A DNA stretch of 63,764 nucleotides, filler included, from Octopus bimaculoides (taxonomy: Eukaryota): assembly GCF_001194135.2 (NCBI RefSeq). It is 4 parts of 3 records of this genome, joined end to end, with 100 filler letters (N's around TTAATTAATTAA, not from the genome) between each part and the next. Parts side by side here need not be neighbours in the genome. Positions count along the whole stretch, not along the records: positions 1 to 27,514 come from NC_068982.1; 3 more parts are not named here. One strand, 5' to 3'. Each line of letters begins with the position of its first letter. Position 1 is the first letter of the stretch. Shown one piece after another: positions 1-12,789 of this stretch. The notes under the pieces were generated by a model that did not search any database, was not told the DNA's origin, and saw only the letters and a list, made by a program, of their open reading frames with translations. The position numbers and the translations under genes were made by a program.

Positions 1-447
1 ATATATATATACATATATGTATATACACATGTACATGTATATGCATACATACATGCATATACATACAAATGTTCACTTGTATATATGTTTCTTTGTGTGT
101 GTGTGTGTGTGTGGAGGAGTTTATGTGTGTGTGTATTTGCATTTAGTCAGAGGGTTATAAAAGTATAGATTCTGAATGTATGCTGACGTCATTTGGTACC
201 AATATACAAAACAAGCTTTGACTTACATCTTCACCTCACGCACTCTCAAGATTTGTCAAAATTACTATACCATCCAAGAGCGGGGAATCAATGCTATTGA
301 TTTAGAGATATAGCTATTAAACATAAATTCATATATATTATACCAAACATAATCCCTAGATATGCGCAATGGCTTTATGTCTATATATGCAGAGGAAATA
401 AATGTATACATAAATATATTTGTATGTTTTGTGCGTGCATCTGCGTC

Positions 448-451
<4 letters not shown>

Positions 452-529
<78 letters not shown>

Positions 530-531
530 TA
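452..531. repeat. (TA)n microsatellite
   Basis: Near-perfect TA dinucleotide run. Confidence 0.95.
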
Positions 532-1079
532 AATGTATGTAAAATACTATATAAATTTAAATAAAAGGAACGCTACTTAATTAAGTAAGGTAAGAATTAT
601 ATAATAAGATAAACGATAGATAAGTTAGTAAAAAAAAAATATAAGTTGACCTTTGTAGATTAATCATTTTCAATGTCTTGGTAATAGATATAGTTCAGGA
701 AATCTATGGATTCTTAGCGTTCACATAATATTGTGTCACTTTTAAAAACAGCTATAGACAAAGTTTGAAAAATCTGACCGTTATGATACGCATCTTAAAA
801 GCCTTACATGTGAACTTTTAGTCGTCAGCATATAAAATGCTTTTTGCATCTGCCATTTCTTTTTGAGCTTTATAGTTTATAATTTATTTCTATTGTTTTT
901 ATTAAAAATCTTTCACCCTCTTTATATCATACGGATAAATTATTTACACATCCATAATTCTCCAAGTTCTTCTTTTCCATCGTTTTATCTCTTACATGTT
1001 TCAGTCATTAGAATACGACCTTGAAGTGTTTTTTTTTCTTTTTTATTAAGCGAATTGACGTACGTATCAGTATTTATAA

Positions 1080-1345
1080 TATTTTTGAAAGCCTGGTACT
1101 TATTCCATGAGGCTGGTTTGGGGAGTATATATACTAACACAGGTTCTGAAGCAGTGGTGGGAGACAAACACAGACACAAAGACACACACATTTATATACA
1201 ACTGATTCCTTTCAGTTTGCGTCTATCAACTTAATTTTGAAGGCTTTGGTCTCTCCGATGCTATAATAGAAGATATTTGCCCAGGGTGCTACGTAGTGAG
1301 CCAAGCCTGTAACATGTGTATGAGAAGCAAACTTAATACTATACA
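1080..1345 (-). mobile_element. tRNA-derived SINE, family B (head GGCTGTGTGGTAAG type), decayed
   Basis: Reverse complement matches the head and body of the plus-strand copies at 3509 and 44300 (e.g. ggctgtatagtattaag head, aaactgaaagga, gtgtctgtgtttgtctccc). Confidence 0.7.
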
Positions 1346-1640
1346 GCCACGTCTGTAGATAGATGTATGCATGTAATTTATATATGTGTATAGGTATTTA
1401 CTATGCAGCATATTTGGAGTGCATATCAATACATCTTTCAATCATAATAAAAATCGAGCAAGACTTATTAAGGCAGACTTGTTATATTACATTGTGTCAT
1501 ATATATTAAATACGGTGGAAGGATATATGAATATTGCAGCAGAGATTTTCAGACGATGGGGACTATTGTGCATACATATCTACACACACTGACACACACA
1601 TATACTTGTGCGCACGCACGCACGCACACGCACGCGCACG

Positions 1641-1698
<58 letters not shown>

Positions 1699-2124
1699 AT
1701 GAACAGACGTTGGCTAATGTCGCTCAGAAAGTTATATTGATTTCACTCTAATATTGCTTTGGCAATATAAGGAACTTAACAGATCCCCGGTCCGTAACAT
1801 ATAGACACCTTGCTAATGGAGGTAAGAATAGACCCTTGACATACTGAACGGAAATTTCTCAAGGCGACAACGCCTTCTGAAACATACGGAGTTATCTCCT
1901 TTAGAAATATTCTGCTTGTGCCCGTAAAGGCTACATTTATGTACGTCTTCTGAGCACTAGAAAGCATGAGCAAGATATCTATAAATTACGAATAAACAAG
2001 TAGGAATGATGTATATGTTAAATGAATGTGTGATTGAGAGACAACGCTATTGTGTAATTATTCCTCATTGATATATTATCTTTGCATATTGGATTCCAAT
2101 ATAATTTCTAATAACGCTTTCTGC

Positions 2125-2330
2125 TGTTGGTGCAAGGCCTGAACTTTTAGGGAAGGGGACTAGTCGGTTACTTTGACCCTAATATTTCACTGATACTTTA
2201 CTTATCGAACCCAAAAAGATGAAAGGCAGAGTCGACCTCGACTTGAATTTGAACTCAGAACGTAGCGACAGGGGAAATACTACTAAGTATTCCTTCCAGC
2301 GTACTAACGATTCTGCCAGCTAACCGCATT
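2125..2330 (-). mobile_element. tRNA-derived SINE, family A (GCAGAATCGTTAG...GAGTTCAAATT type)
   Basis: Reverse complement aligns to the copy at 63132-63345 (gaatttgaactcagaacgta, gtcgacc, cgattctgccagc). Confidence 0.85.
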
Positions 2331-2899
2331 CAGATGATTTTTAACAATGCGTTCAAAATATTTAATACTCATGTTACATCCTTAGAATCTATTCTAAGTG
2401 TTCAGTTGATGCATCAGAATTTCGTTAGGAGTTTGATCTCACATTTGTAACGGTGGCCATTTCACTCACTTTACGTCACAAAAGTTCTCAGACGTAAATA
2501 GAATTCTAAAGATTAACATGACTTGGCTGAAATGTACTCTAAATTCAACATATTAGTTCGTTTGTTTTTATGAGAAATCGGATAAAAGGAAGGGAGAACT
2601 AATAATACCGGTATTTCTAAAATATTATTCAGGACATCATCACAGATTTTCGAAATAAATTATACGTATGATATCCTATTTATTTTATGTTTATGCAGAG
2701 GAATGTAATTTAGGAAAGTTTTAATATCGGTTATACGAAACTTTTCATAACGCTACAGGGTTTGCACTTGTCTTGTATCATAAAGTTCTACTTAACATTG
2801 AATTATTTAAGTTTTCTTTCGCAGCAACCACATTCATAAAAATACATTGCGAATGTAAGTTTTTTCCGTTTACGTTACAATATGTTATGATCGAAGAGA

Positions 2900-3085
2900 T
2901 CGATCAGAGATCATCAACAAACAAAAATGCGTTCTAATCGATTTATTAATACCAACAGATGACAACATTTCTCTAAAAGGAACAAAGAAACTTTCAAAAT
3001 ACAAAAACCTGAAAATAGAGGTAACTTGAATGCGGATTATAAAAACAGAAAAAAATCTTATCATAGTAGGCAAACTAGGTATTAT
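2900..3085 (+). mobile_element. R4/Dong-type non-LTR retrotransposon fragment (restriction-like endonuclease)
   Basis: Translates to KCVLIDLLIPTDDNISLKGTKKLSKYKNLKIEVT*MRIIKTEKNLIIVGKLG, the PD-(D/E)xK RLE region; same family as 63370-63764. Confidence 0.8.
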
Positions 3086-3089
3086 ATTT

Positions 3090-4300
3090 CCAGAATCTGA
3101 GATTGGTACCGCACTGAAAAGTGACTGAATGGAATAAAATCCAAGCAGTTAATACGTAGGCGTTAGAATCACTTCGGTATGGAGCGGGAATTATAAAATA
3201 GCAAAAGAGAGAAATGAAGAAAATGGATATCAAGACCAGAAAATGTTCAAAGTACACGGAACCTTCCACCCCTACGAGTGACACCGATATGCTGTACTTG
3301 TCCAGAAGAAAGGGTGGGAGGTTTTGGTCATTTGCCAGGACTGTACAGGCCTACAAAGAGCAAAGATGTGGTATGAACAATACCCGGAAGGTGTCACCGA
3401 AAATGAGAACTGCAAAATCCTGTGGGATATAATTATCCAGTGCGGTCACCTGATCAGTCATAGGAAACCGGACATTGTTGTGATGAATTAAAAAGATTAT
3501 CGACATAGTCACAGGAGTTGCTGTGTGGTAAGTAGCTTGCATACCAACCATGTGGTTCTGAGTTCAGTGCGACTGCATGGCACGTAGGGCAAGTTTCTTC
3601 TACTATAGCCTCGGACCGACCAAAGCCTTGAGAGTGGATTTGGCAGGCGGAAACTGAAAGAAGCCCGTCGTATATATGTATATATATANNNNNNNNNNNN
3701 NNNNNNNNNNNNNNNNNNNNNNNNNNNNNNNNNNNNNNNNNNNNNNNNNNNNNNNNNNNNTATGTACGTGTGTGTATATCTTGTATATCAGTGTGTGTGT
3801 CCTCAACATCACTTGACAACCGATGCTGGTGCGTTTAGGTCCCCGTAACTTAGTGGTTGGTGAAAAAAGAGCGATAGAATAAGTCGTGGGATCGATTTGA
3901 TTCGACTGAAGGCGGTGCTCCAGCATGGCCGCAGTCAAATGACTGAAACAGTGAAAGAATAAAAGAAAGAAAGAATAGCATGCCCCGGTGACAACATGAT
4001 CAATGTGAAAGAAGAAGAAAAAATTTATAGAGGGAAATACGAAAAGTGTGGTCAGTGAAGAGAGTAGACGTGATACCAATAGTAATTGTTGCACGTGGAA
4101 GTATGGGCACTGAACTACCAATATGGCTGAAAAAGATCGGTGCAAGTGTGACGGTAGAGCACCTACAAAAATCAGCGTTGCTTGGAACTGCAAAAATTAT
4201 TTGCTGTGTTCTTGAATCATGACCAGTAAACAATTGTCACTTTAATCCGCTGGCTGTGGACAGCTGACACTTTCCATCATGCCCAGCAAAATAAGCTGTG
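3090..4300 (+). mobile_element. Internally deleted R4/Dong-type LINE relic (RT thumb + RLE + 3' end), interrupted by a SINE
   Basis: WNKIQAVNT*ALESLRYGAGIIK...DIKTRK...HPTSDTDMLYLSRRKGGR (post-RT), then ENENCKILWDIIIQCGHLISHRKPDIVV..IIDI[SINE]ACPGDNMINVKEEEKI..REIRKVWSVKRVDVIPIVIVARG..LQKSALLGTAKIICCVLES*; followed by TAA/TGA repeats. Confidence 0.9.
3509..3974 (+). mobile_element. tRNA-derived SINE, family B, full length with internal TA/CA microsatellite
   Basis: A-box-like gctgtgtggtaag and B-box-like ggttctgagttcagt head; 3' ggcggtgctccagcatggccgcagtcaaatgactgaaac; ATAG duplicated at 3505-3508 and 3975-3978. Confidence 0.92.
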
Positions 4301-4309
4301 AGTTTTCAT

Positions 4310-4318
4310 ATAATAATA

Positions 4319-4354
<36 letters not shown>

Positions 4355-4370
4355 ATTATTATTATTATTT
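4310..4370. repeat. compound (TAA)(TGA)(TTA) microsatellite at LINE 3' end
   Basis: Direct reading; source of the poly-Met/poly-Ile in ORF 4298..4669. Confidence 0.9.
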
Positions 4371-5989
4371 GGAGGAGGAGAATGTTTATTATATCGAGAG
4401 AGTTCAAAGACATTTATATTGTAATTCTAGTGAAATTTTTGTCATATTTATTTCATGATTATGTTAGAGAACGAAATAATATCCTCGAGCGATTGACTAC
4501 TAGAAATATAATACTTTCACTACAAAAGAAGTACTTTTGCAAACACAATTTTCTATATCTACCTGCGCACAAGACTGACAATCAAAAGGAAGTTATTAAA
4601 CTTGGACCCTTAAAGGTCCAAATGCGAATTTGGAGCTGTAGCACAACGGAGAGCTGTAAAATGTCTTAAAATATATAAACAGAACGTAGAGATGTAAACT
4701 TACAATATATAATTGAACGTAGAGAAGCAAACTTGTCTTCCTTATTCTCATAACGTAAAACTACTCATAGATATTTGAATATTTTCAGTCTAATGATTTG
4801 TTGTTGCGGTCCACTTACATTAAAACATGGACAATCAGTTTCATATATGCAATACAAAATTTTGACATTATGTGATTTACTGAAGTACTAGTCCGTTAAT
4901 TAATAGCATACATATATAATTTGATTACTGTATAAATTGTATCTGAAATTCAAAATCCATGCTAATGCAATAAATATTAGACTAAACATAATTATAAATA
5001 AAAGACTATAGGTTACACAACATCTACTGAGACAATGTGCGAAATGAGAAAGAGAGAACATACGTTAATACACAAATGAATAAAAAAAAACTGTAAATGA
5101 ATTGCGAAGAAGCACATTAATCACTTTCACAAAAGAGCAACAGAAGATATAATTAACTGAAACAGACGAATCAATAGTTTTATGTTGTTTTATCATAACA
5201 AATTATAATCATATATAGATGACCTATCAGATGACACGAACAAAATAAAAAACTGAAAAATCCAAATAATCAAAGATGCAAGGAAGACCTGTCATTGCGA
5301 TAAAATTACTTGCACATAAATGCAAAAAAAACTTAAAACTTGTAAGACGCTAATGAAGTTCTTCAAAAGATGATTAAGAATGTGGTACATAGTTACATCT
5401 TACTTAAGTTATTATTTATGATGAATGTATGACTATATGGAAAATTAAAATTTACAAAACTCGTATGAGGTCTCTGTTGCTGGAAGAAAGATTATTGGTT
5501 AAATAAAATCAAAAATGAAATGTAGAAATTTATCACCATTTTCCAGGAGATACCAGTATGCGTGCCTAAATTATAATAAAATAAGAATTAAACGTATATC
5601 CACAAAGTATATACAATATGATTATAAAGGGAATTTTTTCTATAATATACTATTAATGTTTGGAAAACTTAAAGGAACGCGATCAAGATTTCTCATTATA
5701 ATCGGTTGCAGTGATGCAGAAATGTAAACGTTTTATTGATTGTAAGTGATGATAACGTGTCATGAGATGCAGCTCGGTGGTTATCGCTAGAAGAGGGGTA
5801 TAAAATAGAAGATTACAAGATTTCTACGCCCAACAGTGTCATTTATTCTATATGTTTTCAACTTTGTTTTTTATTTAGTGATTTTCCATCCGTGTTAGCA
5901 TTTGAATGTTTGATGATGTTATATTATCGTGCTGATTTCGTATCAAGCGCACAATTTATGTATTGAAGGTGCATCGATTTGTCGTTTGA

Positions 5990-6160
5990 GTACTGAACTC
6001 ATGGTTATTAGATTGTGGTTTCAAATCATGGTCCAAGCGATGTGTTGTGTTCTTGAGTAAAGCATTTAACTTAAAGTTGCCCCAGCTTAATCAGCAGGCA
6101 GAAATGAGTATTTCTGCGACTGCCCGACATCTCGTCCAGTGGTGAGTAGGTTTATGGCAT
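5990..6160 (+). mobile_element. Decayed SINE of a third family (C)
   Basis: tRNA-like head (gattgtggtttcaaatc) followed by gtgttgtgttcttgagtaaagcatttaac..gttgccccagc, similar to 23900 and 35270 copies. Confidence 0.45.
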
Positions 6161-7877
6161 AGAAATATATATACGGACGTATGTCTGTATATGATACTGG
6201 AAATGGCTTTATCATTTTAATTTATGTGAGATTAGCTCAAGTTCTGGATAAGATAATTGATATATATTTTTTATTCTCATATAGTTATATATTCTTCATT
6301 TCATAATTATTTCTAGATGAATTATCAATTTTCCCTACATTAAGGTAGTTAACCCTAACGTGTATATAATATTACACGGATATTCATCTGAACAAGTTAG
6401 TTTAATCTGGCTAAGAAAATGAGCACGAAGTATTTGGGAAAATATCGATAAATATCATACATGATTTCTTTTCAGAACTCTCGTAAAATTTGCATCCTTG
6501 TTGTAAGCCTGCACATAATAACCCGATGTGCTACAAATTGATTATTGACAGCATTTAAAAAGACGGAAAAAATAATCTAATAAAAGGGACTAATCTGAGT
6601 CTTTAATATACTTAGATATTTAATAGAGCATGAAGCACCATTGATGTGGCAATACAGTATGTGTAAGAACACTGGTGATGGTGATGATGATGATGATGAT
6701 GATCATGATCATGATCATGATGATCATGATGATCATGATGACCATGATCATGATCATGATGAAAAGGAGAAAGAAGTAGGATATTGATGATGACAAGGAA
6801 AAGAAGGGAAGAAATTGGAGATTCTGACACCTTTGAAATAAATGGCTATATAAAGATGAAGAAAATGACATGCCAATTTAATAATTCCGGATGTTTCATT
6901 TATGTCTCATCATACTTTTTTTATACATTTGTTTCTAGAAGAGCACATTATTAAATCAATTCACTTAACATCAATTTCAGTTATATTCCAATAAAATGTT
7001 ATCTTAAAATATTAACGCTAATACGGTCAAATCAAATATTCACTAACCATTTATTTTGAAACAATCAATGGATATTCTAGGAAATATAATTTATTATTAT
7101 TCTGAACAGCAATGTAGCGTCATTCTCGCGTCAATTTTGTGATAAAATATCGAATTATTTGAGATCAATCTCTTCTTTCCATTATTTTTTGTACTATATA
7201 CCAGAAAAAGAAACATAATTATATTCGGGGTTGTAGTTATTGCCTAATAAACTTTTTCGAATTTTAAAGGGCATCTGATTATTATGAAAACCGTCATCGG
7301 TTTTAGACTAGCGTTACAAATCACTGTACAAATATATCACGATTAACGAAAGAAAAAAATTATCTTACAAACCGCGTGACAGCGATTAATTCTAAAGTAC
7401 ATTCGAACTTTAGTTTTGATATGATGAAATGTTTTTTTTTACATTTCTACACTCATTACCCTCTTACTCCATGTATATCCATGTAGACCCTGCTTCCAGT
7501 TAGTCTTTCAAAAGAATTTATCTACGGGTTTCCACTTCATTTATATATTTATAAATAAATTACATAGGGTATATCCAATAGAGAATTAAACTGGGAATTC
7601 TGTTGAAATTGTTATTAGAATATCATAAGTTACCTAATATTTACACACGTTTCAGTAGCATATGCTATTACATCATGAGAATGATCATTGATAGGTGATT
7701 GTGCAATCAACTAAAAACGCCAGTATTTCAGAAAATAGTAATTTGCTCTATTCTTTAACGAATCAGAAGTTTTATTCTGCTCGTGTTCCTACATACATAC
7801 ATACATACATACATACACACATACATACATAGGCACATACATAGATATACACATAAATATATACATACATACATACA

Positions 7878-8235
7878 TGGTGGTGTTTGTCTACTTACAC
7901 AGAGTTTGACCACCTCCTGTACCTACACCCTAGCCTCTTCATGGCGTCTGATGTGGCTTTTTAAGCTAGACAATGTTCTGAAATATCACCCGCACAGATT
8001 GCACCTCTGATTTGAACTACCAATATCTGCAGGTAAGTTCTGCTCATTGTGGATCTTAACATGCCTTTTAAGACCCCCATTGGATTTGTAAGCCTTCTGG
8101 CATACACCACATTCAAACGTGTGCAGAGAGATATTGTCAGAATAGTTAGTTGAAGTTTGTTTTCCATGGGTTCGCAGATGAGATTTGAGGCCAACCAAAG
8201 ACATAGATATATGTTTACATACATACAAAAATACA
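7878..8235 (-). mobile_element. 5'-truncated RTE-type LINE 3' end encoding three C2H2 zinc fingers (pseudogenised)
   Basis: VCKHISMSLVGLKSHLRTH / CGVCQKAYKSNGGLKRHVKIH / CNLCG*YFRTLSSLKSHIRRHEEARV*, short 3' UTR, then (ATGT)n tail; RTE assignment from recalled family knowledge. Confidence 0.75.
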
Positions 8236-9118
8236 TATATACATACATAAGTGAAAATCAGATGCCCAGCGGGTGGTAGCATGGCTAAACATCAGCGAGA
8301 AATAAAACACCTACGCTGAACTATTGAGAAATTTGCAGTTACTCTATCAAGATTACAAGTCTACTTTCATACCTGTGATTATTGGAACACTGGGATATGT
8401 AGAACACTGTCTAAATACCAATCTGGATTAAGATTCTCAAAACCAGAGAGGAGAAAGCTGATTCAGAGACCAAAGATCCAAGCCATCACTAGAACTGTAA
8501 ATATCTGTAAAACTTTACAGAAGTTTATCATTTAAATATATATCAGCAGTATAGATAAGCAACAATATGCATGAGAATGCATACATAAAACAAAACATAC
8601 AAATTTGCACGTATACATACATGCATACAAAACTACACAGTTGATGTTGGAATTCTAATGAAGGAGCCTTGGATCTAGGTTAGAAACCTGCTTTTTCACT
8701 AATGGCAAGAGATTTTTGAAAAACTGAAGAATGACATACATACATACATACATAGCATATTATCTTGTCTCTGGCATATATAGACCCTCCCACAAACCCA
8801 ACGAACATCTAAACTATGTAAACAAGTTATTTCTCTATATCGGAAACTTACGACTACGTAATCATTTCTGGTCATTATTCCCTTAAGTCAAATCACAAAG
8901 GTTACCTACTGAATACATCCAGCACCAGAGGATATAAATGGTGTCAGTTGCTATCTGTATTAGATTTGAATTTTTGAATCCTCATGAATCGTTAGTTTAC
9001 TACGCAGCACACTTGGTTATATGGGTGTAAGTACGGATATCTATTTACATGTACATTTTATATAAGAGAAAATGTTGATTCAATATATATTATAAAACTA
9101 ACAAGATCATGAAACCGC

Positions 9119-9520
9119 TGTAAATAAATTCGATAAACATCTTTTCCCTCACCTCACGTCTTTTATCTGTTCCGAAAGAACCTGAGCGAAGCTGCAAAGA
9201 ATACTATACGTAGTGTTAATGAAGAAATATCCGTATAATATCCGTAGTGTTGATGAAGAAATATTTCCAATGTGACCTGTGGAAGAACTTGAAGGACGAA
9301 CAGAAGCTGTGTATAAGGGATAAGACGTCGTAGTCTTTATTTAGTAACGGTTTAGGATTATGTATGTGGAAGTACCAAATAAGTAGATGTTAGTTATAAT
9401 CCGAAGTATTTGCATGTTTATACTTCAAACTGTGGTTATGTGTAACACCTGCCCAAGTATCGTAGGATTTATTTGGGGAAAGTTGTGCATTATAACTTTT
9501 AGTTTGGCACATTAACTACA
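9119..9520 (-). mobile_element. Solo LTR (Gypsy or BEL/Pao type), 402 bp
   Basis: TGTA...TACA termini; flanks ACCGC (9114-9118) and ACCTC (9521-9525) match 4/5 as a TSD; minus-strand TATAAA (9417-9422) upstream of AATAAA (9336-9341). Confidence 0.7.
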
Positions 9521-9556
9521 ACCTCCCTTTTAAAAACCAGCTTAAGATGTTATACG

Positions 9557-9575
9557 CACTTTCTCTCACTCTCTT

Positions 9576-9649
<74 letters not shown>
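9557..9649. repeat. (CT)n microsatellite
   Basis: Direct reading. Confidence 0.95.
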
Positions 9650-9652
<3 letters not shown>

Positions 9653-10521
9653 TTCTTAAATCTGAATAAGATACCTGTTGGGACTGTAACTAGTTATGCT
9701 TGACAAAGCAAAAAATCCAATCATATCCCCAAAAAAGATAGGATTTGTTATTTTTTTCCTATCACAAATCTCTGTAAAACACTATGACAACCTTGGCACA
9801 AACTTACTTGTATACTTTGATACTTTTACCAAAATGTGTACTTTTATTCAGAGAAACTTTTGGTTTCTTTTCGACAATATTTCGTTTGAATATGTACGTG
9901 TAACTGTACTAATTTTGGCGTTCCTGTCAAATATGTGTTACGTGTAGCTTCTTGAAATGTCATTTTACAAATTTTTAGTACTTTTTGTTCTTTAACAATG
10001 TTTTACTTTTTTTTTCATTTGAAAATAGTTTTACATCGTTCATTGAAATTTGAATTGGGATGATCCCTACAGAATACAATTTAATATTAACAGGCAAAAT
10101 AAAGAACAATTATTTTTAAATTCTCACGTTGCCTTTCACCGGCACGCAATAATTATTCCAAATTATTCAATAGCAGCCCCTATTTTAAATACTATACAAA
10201 ATGTAAATTAGCTCCTTTAGTTTCTCATAAAATTTCCTCGTAATTTTCAGCGTCCGTTTTTTAAGTCAAGAGACACTTGAAATGTTACGAGCAAATTATA
10301 ATACGTTAAAAAAAAGGTACGAGGCATTAACTAATTTTAACTCGAAAACTCTAAAGACATAAATGAAAATTAACATCAACATTAAGAAATAGAATTCTGT
10401 CTAATGCTGATATTCTATTCAACTTTATGACTAATAGTCTAATTGTAACTTTCGAAATAGACATTCCGTCCATAGCATATTCCTTTAAAACGTTGAAATT
10501 TACGCTAACATGTTAAGTAAT

Positions 10522-10990
10522 ATATTGGACGGGCAAGAATGCCCGTTCGCTATGTTTTTAGAAAAAATATGACATAAGTTTTAAGCACATTGTTATAGGC
10601 AATCAATATTGTTTTCACCTGTCAATATTTGCTTTTAAAATTGCGCGTTCTTTTTTCACGCTTTTGCAACAAATCGTAATTGAAAATCCATTCAGTGAAC
10701 TTAGCCTCTTTCCATATGGGATACAAACATCGAGAGTGCTGATATAATGTTGAATAGTTGGACAACATTTCAACAACCCGAATTGGTCAGCAAGAGCGAG
10801 TTTCATTTTTAACCGAAACATGTTCCAGATCGAGATATAGAAAATCAATATTGATGCACACGTTCTGTTACAATATCCTCTCCATACACAGCACATATCG
10901 TCTTGTAAGTTTCGTCTACATTGTTTTTTTATTATAAAAGTGCAATTGTATATTTTCCGTCGGCTGTCAAGTCATCTCAAGCACACAAAA
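10522..10990 (-). mobile_element. mariner (Mos1-like) transposon relic, internally deleted
   Basis: Frameshifted ETYKTICAVYGEDIVTERVHQY*FSISRSG (HTH), KNETRSC*P (DEPRSGRP), KQILTGE..AYNNV (TGDEKW.YNN); 3' end gcccgtccaata followed by TA. Confidence 0.75.
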
Positions 10991-11160
10991 ATCAAAGTTC
11001 CGTTGCAAGTTTGCAACTATGTTGAAATGCCAAGTATCTAAGGAGTGCGTATGCACAACGAAGATACTGAGGCAAGCTACTTATTAAAGAGTATATATAT
11101 ATATATATGTATGAGTGTATATATATATATGTGTGTGTGTATGTGTGTGTGTGTGTGTGA

Positions 11161-11207
<47 letters not shown>

Positions 11208-12124
11208 CGTTTATATATGTATATAATCAATTAAGACACTATAATGAAGAATTGAGAATTATACATCTCCAAAATTCATTTATTAAATATTTCCCTTATA
11301 TTCCTTTGCGACCTGCGACCCGTGTTTCTAAGGAAAAGTGGCCTAGTGTCATTTGATATAACAATTACGTGCATTAAGTTTATTTGTATTAAAACAATTG
11401 CAATATACATTCTTCTAAAGGCTGGCAGTCCTCTTCAACTTTATTGAAGGTCGTAAAATTACAGGTGGTTGAAGCGGACTCAAGATCCTTACATGGGATA
11501 TGCGTACTGCGAGTACATTCCTGCTGAGGGGACAAAAACATCAGGGTAAAGGACAATAAAGATAGTAATGAAATATGATAAATGAAGTGTTCGTCTTTCC
11601 CTTCAACTTAGAATGAGTTTTTCTGGAAACAGGTCAGTTTATTACACTTAGTAATAATGGTAAGTATATAATATGAAATAAATGGACAGAATTAAAAGAG
11701 ATCGAAAGAAAGAAACAGATTAATATTGTTTCAAGAGGGTAATTTAACTAGATCATAGAAAAAGAGTTTTATGTTTCTGAATATTAGAATCCACTATAAC
11801 TGGAAATTAATAAGCTTAAACTCCAAAATTATTTTCCCTTAATTCAGAAAAGATATACTTGTAAGTTCATTCTAGCAGTTCGAGTTAATATACATTAAAA
11901 TTTGTACGGATTGGAGTATGATGAAAATACTTTAATAAAATATTTTGAAGAAATAAAAATTCTTCATTGTTCATTAAAACTTCTTGATTATATACTTTCT
12001 ATAGTACACGAAATTCAATGAAGCGAACTCAGGATATATCTATCGAGTAAAGTACAGTCTAATTGTTCATTTCAAACGTGTTTGAACACGGTTAGCCGAT
12101 TTGGATACAAACAATACATATGTG

Positions 12125-12156
<32 letters not shown>

Positions 12157-12750
12157 NNNNNNNNNNNNNNNNNNNNNNNNNNNNNNNNNNNNNNNNNNNN
12201 NNNNNNNNNNNNNNNNNNNNNNNNNNNNNNNNNNNNNNNNNNNNNNNNNNNNNNNNNNNNNNNNNNNNNNNNNNNNNNNNNNNNNNNNNNNNNNNNNNNN
12301 NNNNNNNNNNNNNNNNNNNNNNNNNNNNNNNNNNNNNNNNNNNNNNNNNNNNNNNNNNNNNNNNNNNNNNNNNNNNNNNNNNNNNNNNNNNNNNNNNNNN
12401 NNNNNNNNNNNNNNNNNNNNNNNNNNNNNNNNNNNNNNNNNNNNNNNNNNNNNNNNNNNNNNNNNNNNNNNNNNNNNNNNNNNNNNNNNNNNNNNNNNNN
12501 NNNNNNNNNNNNNNNNNNNNNNNNNNNNNNNNNNNNNNNNNNNNNNNNNNNNNNNNNNNNNNNNNNNNNNNNNNNNNNNNNNNNNNNNNNNNNNNNNNNN
12601 NNNNNNNNNNNNNNNNNNNNNNNNNNNNNNNNNNNNNNNNNNNNNNNNNNNNNNNNNNNNNNNNNNNNNNNNNNNNNNNNNNNNNNNNNNNNNNNNNNNN
12701 NNNNNNNNNNNNNNNNNNNNNNNNNNNNNNNNNNNNNNNNNNNNNNNNNN

Positions 12751-12782
<32 letters not shown>

Positions 12783-12789
12783 AGAGATA

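Noticed and set aside
1776-1985. Minus-strand exon-like ORF ILLMLSSAQKTYINVAFTG...
   Set aside because: Reasonable acceptor but no clear donor, partner exon or recognisable homology
3509-3600. tRNA-like A/B boxes in SINE heads
   Set aside because: No complete cloverleaf; they continue into SINE bodies, so no tRNA genes called
6612-6871. Poly-His/Asp ORF resembling a metal-binding protein
   Set aside because: Product of a (TGA/TCA) trinucleotide microsatellite; same applies to poly-R/K/S/L/N/T ORFs at 32702, 36018, 36694, 53804, 55772, 62450
7986-8282. ORF as a host C2H2 zinc-finger gene
   Set aside because: Start lies in microsatellite-like DNA, third finger has an in-frame stop, and the unit ends in a retroposon-type tandem tail; treated as LINE fragment
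11400-11550. Protein-looking translations on both strands (WLKRTQDPYMGYAYCEY; ECTRSTHIPCKDLES)
   Set aside because: Conflicting frames and strands, none recognisable; natural-looking short peptides are not evidence
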